Source of the DNA: Candidatus Krumholzibacteriia bacterium
GTDB lineage: Bacteria; Krumholzibacteriota; Krumholzibacteriia; LZORAL124-64-63
DNA length: 64,000 nucleotides
Assembly (NCBI GenBank): GCA_046484865.1
Contig: JAWOID010000104.1
Span: forward strand, 1-64,000
Reading direction: 5' to 3'
Both the position numbers and the translations under genes were made by a program. Each line of letters opens with the position of its first letter. Within the stretch, counting starts at the first letter, position 1. The notes below the pieces were generated by a model that did no database searches, had not been told where the DNA came from, and worked only from the letters and a program-made list of their open reading frames with translations. Positions 58,907-64,000 of this stretch are shown piece after piece.

Positions 58907-60555
58907 GCGACGAACGTGCGGGCAGCGGGCCGCAGGACATCCCTGGCGGCGTGCGCGCGGGCGCCCCGAAGGGCCGGGACGCTGCCGAGCCGTGGCAACT
59001 CGCCCGGCGGCTGGTGGTGGGCCTGGCCGGAACCTGGCCGCGACCGGAGGAGGAAGCCTGGCTGCAGCGCGCGCAGCCGGCGGGCGTGCTGCTCTTCGGT
59101 CGCAACGCGAGCGACCTGAACCAGTTGCAGGCACTGGTGTCCCGCCTGCGCGAGCTGTTGCCCGCGGGCGCGGAGATCGTGGCCGACCACGAGGGTGGTC
59201 CGGTGTCGGTGCTGCAGCAGGCGATCGGCCGGCCGCCGGCGGCGGCCACCCTGGGCCTCGTGGACGATCCCGGGCTCACCCGCGCGGTCCACGCGGAGAC
59301 CGGCCGCCGGCTGCGGCGGCTGGGGATCGACCGGGTTCTCGCTCCTTGTGCCGACGTGCTCACCAGCGGCGGCAATCCCGTGATCGGCTCGCGCAGCTTC
59401 GGCGACCGGCCGGAACTCGTGGCCCGACACGTGGCCGCAGCCGTGGCCGGGCTGACCGAGGCGGGCATGCGCTGCTGTCCGAAGCACTGGCCGGGCCATG
59501 GCGGCGTGCGCGGCGATACCCACGCTGCGCAGGTGGAGGCGGGACCGGTCGCGGGCGGAGAGCCCTTCCGGGCCGCCGCCGACGCCGGCGCGGACGCGGT
59601 CATGCTGGGCCACCTGCTCCGCTCGGGCCGCGAAAAGGAGGGACCGGCCACGCTGGCGCCAGCCGCGGTGCGGGCGGCGCGGGCCGAGTTCGTCCGCGAG
59701 GGGCGGCCGGTGCCGCAGATATGGGTGGACGACGTGACGATGGGGGCGTTGCGCGACGCCCTGGCAGCGCGCGGTGTGGAGCCGCTGGCCGAGCCGTCGC
59801 CGGGCACGCCGCCGGTGGAGGCCACCCCCTGGCTGGTGAATCCCGCCTGTCTGCCGCCGGCCTGGTTCACCGCCCTCGCGGACGGCGGCAGCGACCGCTG
59901 GCTCGTCTATCGCATCCCCTGGTCGGCCTTCCCCGTGCCCGCCGGGGCCTGGAACGCGACCGGTGCTCGGCAGGAGGCCAGGCCTCCGGCGGCTGCGGCC
60001 GAGACTCCCGCAGCGGCCGGGACCCCCGCTGCGGCCGGGGCTGCGCGCGGCGGGGGCGCCGGCGACGACATGGACCCGGCTGCCGGGGAACCCGGCGGCA
60101 GGGCAGGTGCGGGCAGTATCCCTCCGGCCGCAGACCCCGCCTGGAACGACGCTCCCTACGACGAGGCCCGGCGCCGGGCGGTCGCCGCCGGCTGGCGATG
60201 GGCCGATCGCGGGCACGTGGCCTGGCTCGACCTCACCGCCGGCGACCGCTGGGGCGATTCCGAGCTGGATCACTTGCTGGCGAGGAGCTTCGCGCTGGTC
60301 GAGCACGTGCCCGCGGACGCCGCCGGCCGCGCGGGACGGCCGTGGCCCGCCAATCTCGTGCTGACCTCGCACCGGCCGCTCCCCGAACACGTGCAGCGCC
60401 TGCTCGCGTCCGCGCCTTGGCCGGAGCAGGGCAGCGCCGTGGCGGCGGGGCATCCGGCGCTCGCACCGGCGCTGCGAGCCGGCCTGCCGCCCGCCTGGCG
60501 AGTCCTCACGCTCCACGACGTGACGGCCGCGGACCTGGAGCCCGCGCTCGGCTGA
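58903..60555 (+). CDS. GH3 beta-N-acetylhexosaminidase (NagZ-like)
   Basis: GVLLFGRN, ADHEGG, APCADV, RSFG, and KHWPGHGGVRGDTH, which matches the NagZ consensus. Confidence 0.78.
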   Translation: MSDERAGSGPQDIPGGVRAGAPKGRDAAEPWQLARRLVVGLAGTWPRPEEEAWLQRAQPAGVLLFGRNASDLNQLQALVSRLRELLPAGAEIVADHEGGPVSVLQQAIGRPPAAATLGLVDDPGLTRAVHAETGRRLRRLGIDRVLAPCADVLTSGGNPVIGSRSFGDRPELVARHVAAAVAGLTEAGMRCCPKHWPGHGGVRGDTHAAQVEAGPVAGGEPFRAAADAGADAVMLGHLLRSGREKEGPATLAPAAVRAARAEFVREGRPVPQIWVDDVTMGALRDALAARGVEPLAEPSPGTPPVEATPWLVNPACLPPAWFTALADGGSDRWLVYRIPWSAFPVPAGAWNATGARQEARPPAAAAETPAAAGTPAAAGAARGGGAGDDMDPAAGEPGGRAGAGSIPPAADPAWNDAPYDEARRRAVAAGWRWADRGHVAWLDLTAGDRWGDSELDHLLARSFALVEHVPADAAGRAGRPWPANLVLTSHRPLPEHVQRLLASAPWPEQGSAVAAGHPALAPALRAGLPPAWRVLTLHDVTAADLEPALG

Positions 60556-60753
60556 TCCGTCTCGGCTGATTCCCTCGGTTGATCCCTGGGCCGATGCCCG
60601 GGGGTACGCCGGGAGGGCACCGGAAGCGCGCCGGGGGGAAGCCTGCATCGCGCCGGGGGGGGCGCCTGGATCGCCACGGGAGCGCCCCCGGGAACGCGCC
60701 GCGAATGCCTCGGGGAGCGTGGCGTGAACGCGCCGGAAGCCCGGCGCCGGTGA

Positions 60754-60782
60754 TTGACAGTGCACGAGCGGCACGCTATATT
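60754..60782 (+). promoter_or_regulatory. sigma70 promoter of tRNA-Asp
   Basis: TTGACA-17 nt-TATATT upstream of the tRNA. Confidence 0.75.
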
Positions 60783-60808
60783 GCGCCCGAATTCCGCCGA
60801 GTGCTGGC

Positions 60809-60886
60809 GGGGGCGTAGTTCAGTTTGGTTAGAACGCCGGCCTGTCAAGCCGGAGGTCGCGAGTTCGAGTCTCGTCGCTCCCGCCA
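60809..60886 (+). tRNA. tRNA-Asp(GTC)
   Basis: Acceptor GGGGGCG/CGCTCCC, anticodon arm CCGGC-CTGTCAA-GCCGG, TTCGA T-loop, encoded CCA. Confidence 0.96.
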
Positions 60887-60894
60887 TCCGCATT

Positions 60895-60938
60895 GCCGCC
60901 GCCCGGACGCTCCCGTAGCATCCGGGCGGCTGCTTTTT
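60895..60938 (+). terminator. Intrinsic terminator after tRNA-Asp
   Basis: GCCGCCCGGA...TCCGGGCGGC followed by TGCTTTTT. Confidence 0.65.
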
Positions 60939-61005
60939 CGGGACAGATGGTCTATCTTGCAGGGTCGTGCCGAGGACCCACGCATTCGCGCAAAGGAGCC
61001 GGTCG

Positions 61006-62792
<1,787 letters not shown>

Positions 62793-62808
<16 letters not shown>

Positions 62809-64000
62809 CGGGCTCCGTCGCTACCCGCCGGGTCCGGGAGCAGGGCCGCCTGCTCCCGGACCACCTCCAGCAGACGCTCGAACACGTCCGGCGGAAACGC
62901 CGGCATCCGCTCCAGGTACCAGTTGTAGCTCCCCTCGGTGCTCGTCGGCTGGTCCGGGTTGCGCAGCGCCGCTTCCTGGTAGGCGGTCAGGAATGCGGCC
63001 ACGCTGTTCGCGCTGCTGCGTAGCCGCTCCTCCCCGAGCCGCCGCTCGATGAGCCGCGCCATGGCGAACCCGACGCTGCTGTACCCTCCGCTGGGGGCCA
63101 GCAGCTTGTGCGCGGCCAGCCCGCGGTCACCTTCCTGCCCGTCCGCGACCTGCTGCGTGTCCGCGAGCGCATCGGCGGTCGCCGCGATCACGTTGCCGAG
63201 CTGGCGCACGCCGCGCGCCATGATCTCCTCGGGCACCGGCATGGTGTACCGGGACAGGCGCGGGTGGTCGGTGTCCATGTAGAGGGTCTCGAACTCGTCG
63301 ATCCAGGAACCCACACCACCGTGGACGACCGCGCCCCAGGTGGAATGGAGGGCGGCCGCCCCCTCCACCGTGACCGGATTGGCGTGCACGGGGGCGCCGT
63401 ACTTGCGGTACAGCGACGAGGCCAGCGCGCGCTCCAGCTGGTCGACGTCCAGCGCCGCGGCGAGGCCGGCGTCCACCAGGAAGCGGTCCTCGAAGAAGCG
63501 CAGCTCGGCATCGGCCGCCAGGAAGTCGATGCGCAGCGGGTCGGGGATGTCCGCGGCGGGCACGAAGCCACGCGCGCGCTCGGCGACCTTGCAGCCGAGG
63601 TCGGCGGCGATCAGGCGTTCCACCGCCGCGGTCACGGCCGGTCCGTTGTCGACGACATAGCCCATGCTGGCGATCATGCCGGTGTTCGCCGGCAGCTTCT
63701 CGCCCTCCAGCCGGCGCAGCCCGCCGCTGGACGTGCGGCCGACCGTCGCGTAGAGCACCAGGCGGTCGAGGAGTTCGGCCGGCACCGGCTCGTCATAGCT
63801 GCGCAGCAGGAGGTCGTAGATGGGCAGGCTCGCCAGCTCGCCCTTCCGGCCGGGCGGAATCCGGTTTTCCGCCTGGATCTCGCCGGTCAGGTCGAGGAAT
63901 GCCTCCAGCCCCGTGGTGGTGATCACCACCGGACACTCCAGGCGAACGACGTCCCCCGCCGCGCCGGAAGCCGCTTCCGTGTCGCCGTCGCCCTCGCCCG
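62793..64000 (-). CDS. Hypothetical protein (start outside the window), possibly DUF5700-like
   Basis: Open frame runs to the window edge with coding-like composition; C-terminal GYSSVGFAMARLIERRLG...FLTAYQEAA. Confidence 0.5.

Overview
High-GC bacterial chromosome segment with about 50 CDS, tmRNA, tRNA-Val and tRNA-Asp. I saw no transposase, integrase, prophage or CRISPR array. The organism is probably a diderm FCB-superphylum lineage such as Krumholzibacteriota/Latescibacterota; this is inferred from a PorU-like C25 peptidase with a FlgD/T9SS-type tail and from secreted proteins ending in TWxxVKxxFR. There are two standout regions. (1) 2.9-16.2 kb is an ergothioneine locus. A molybdo/tungstopterin oxidoreductase-cysteine desulfurase fusion (architecture of the O2-independent ergothioneine synthase MES) is translationally coupled to a soluble PAS sensor kinase. 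It converges on an operon holding a betaine-type ABC importer, the O2-dependent EgtB, EgtD and a patatin autotransporter. This suggests anaerobic and aerobic routes share one locus. (2) 49.8-57.3 kb holds secreted proteins with a dockerin-like tail or a shared C-terminal TWxxVKxxFR motif, directly upstream of a gingipain/PorU-like protease, a candidate surface protein-sorting system. Other features: an RND efflux operon, GDH with a PEP-synthase-like partner, tandem class I and II FBP aldolases, a yggS-yggT-divIVA-punA-ileS-dksA-lspA-rluD cluster with a GVHH-type IleRS2, and an unexplained ~160-nt hairpin between divIVA and punA. All calls come from motif recognition by eye; no searches were run.
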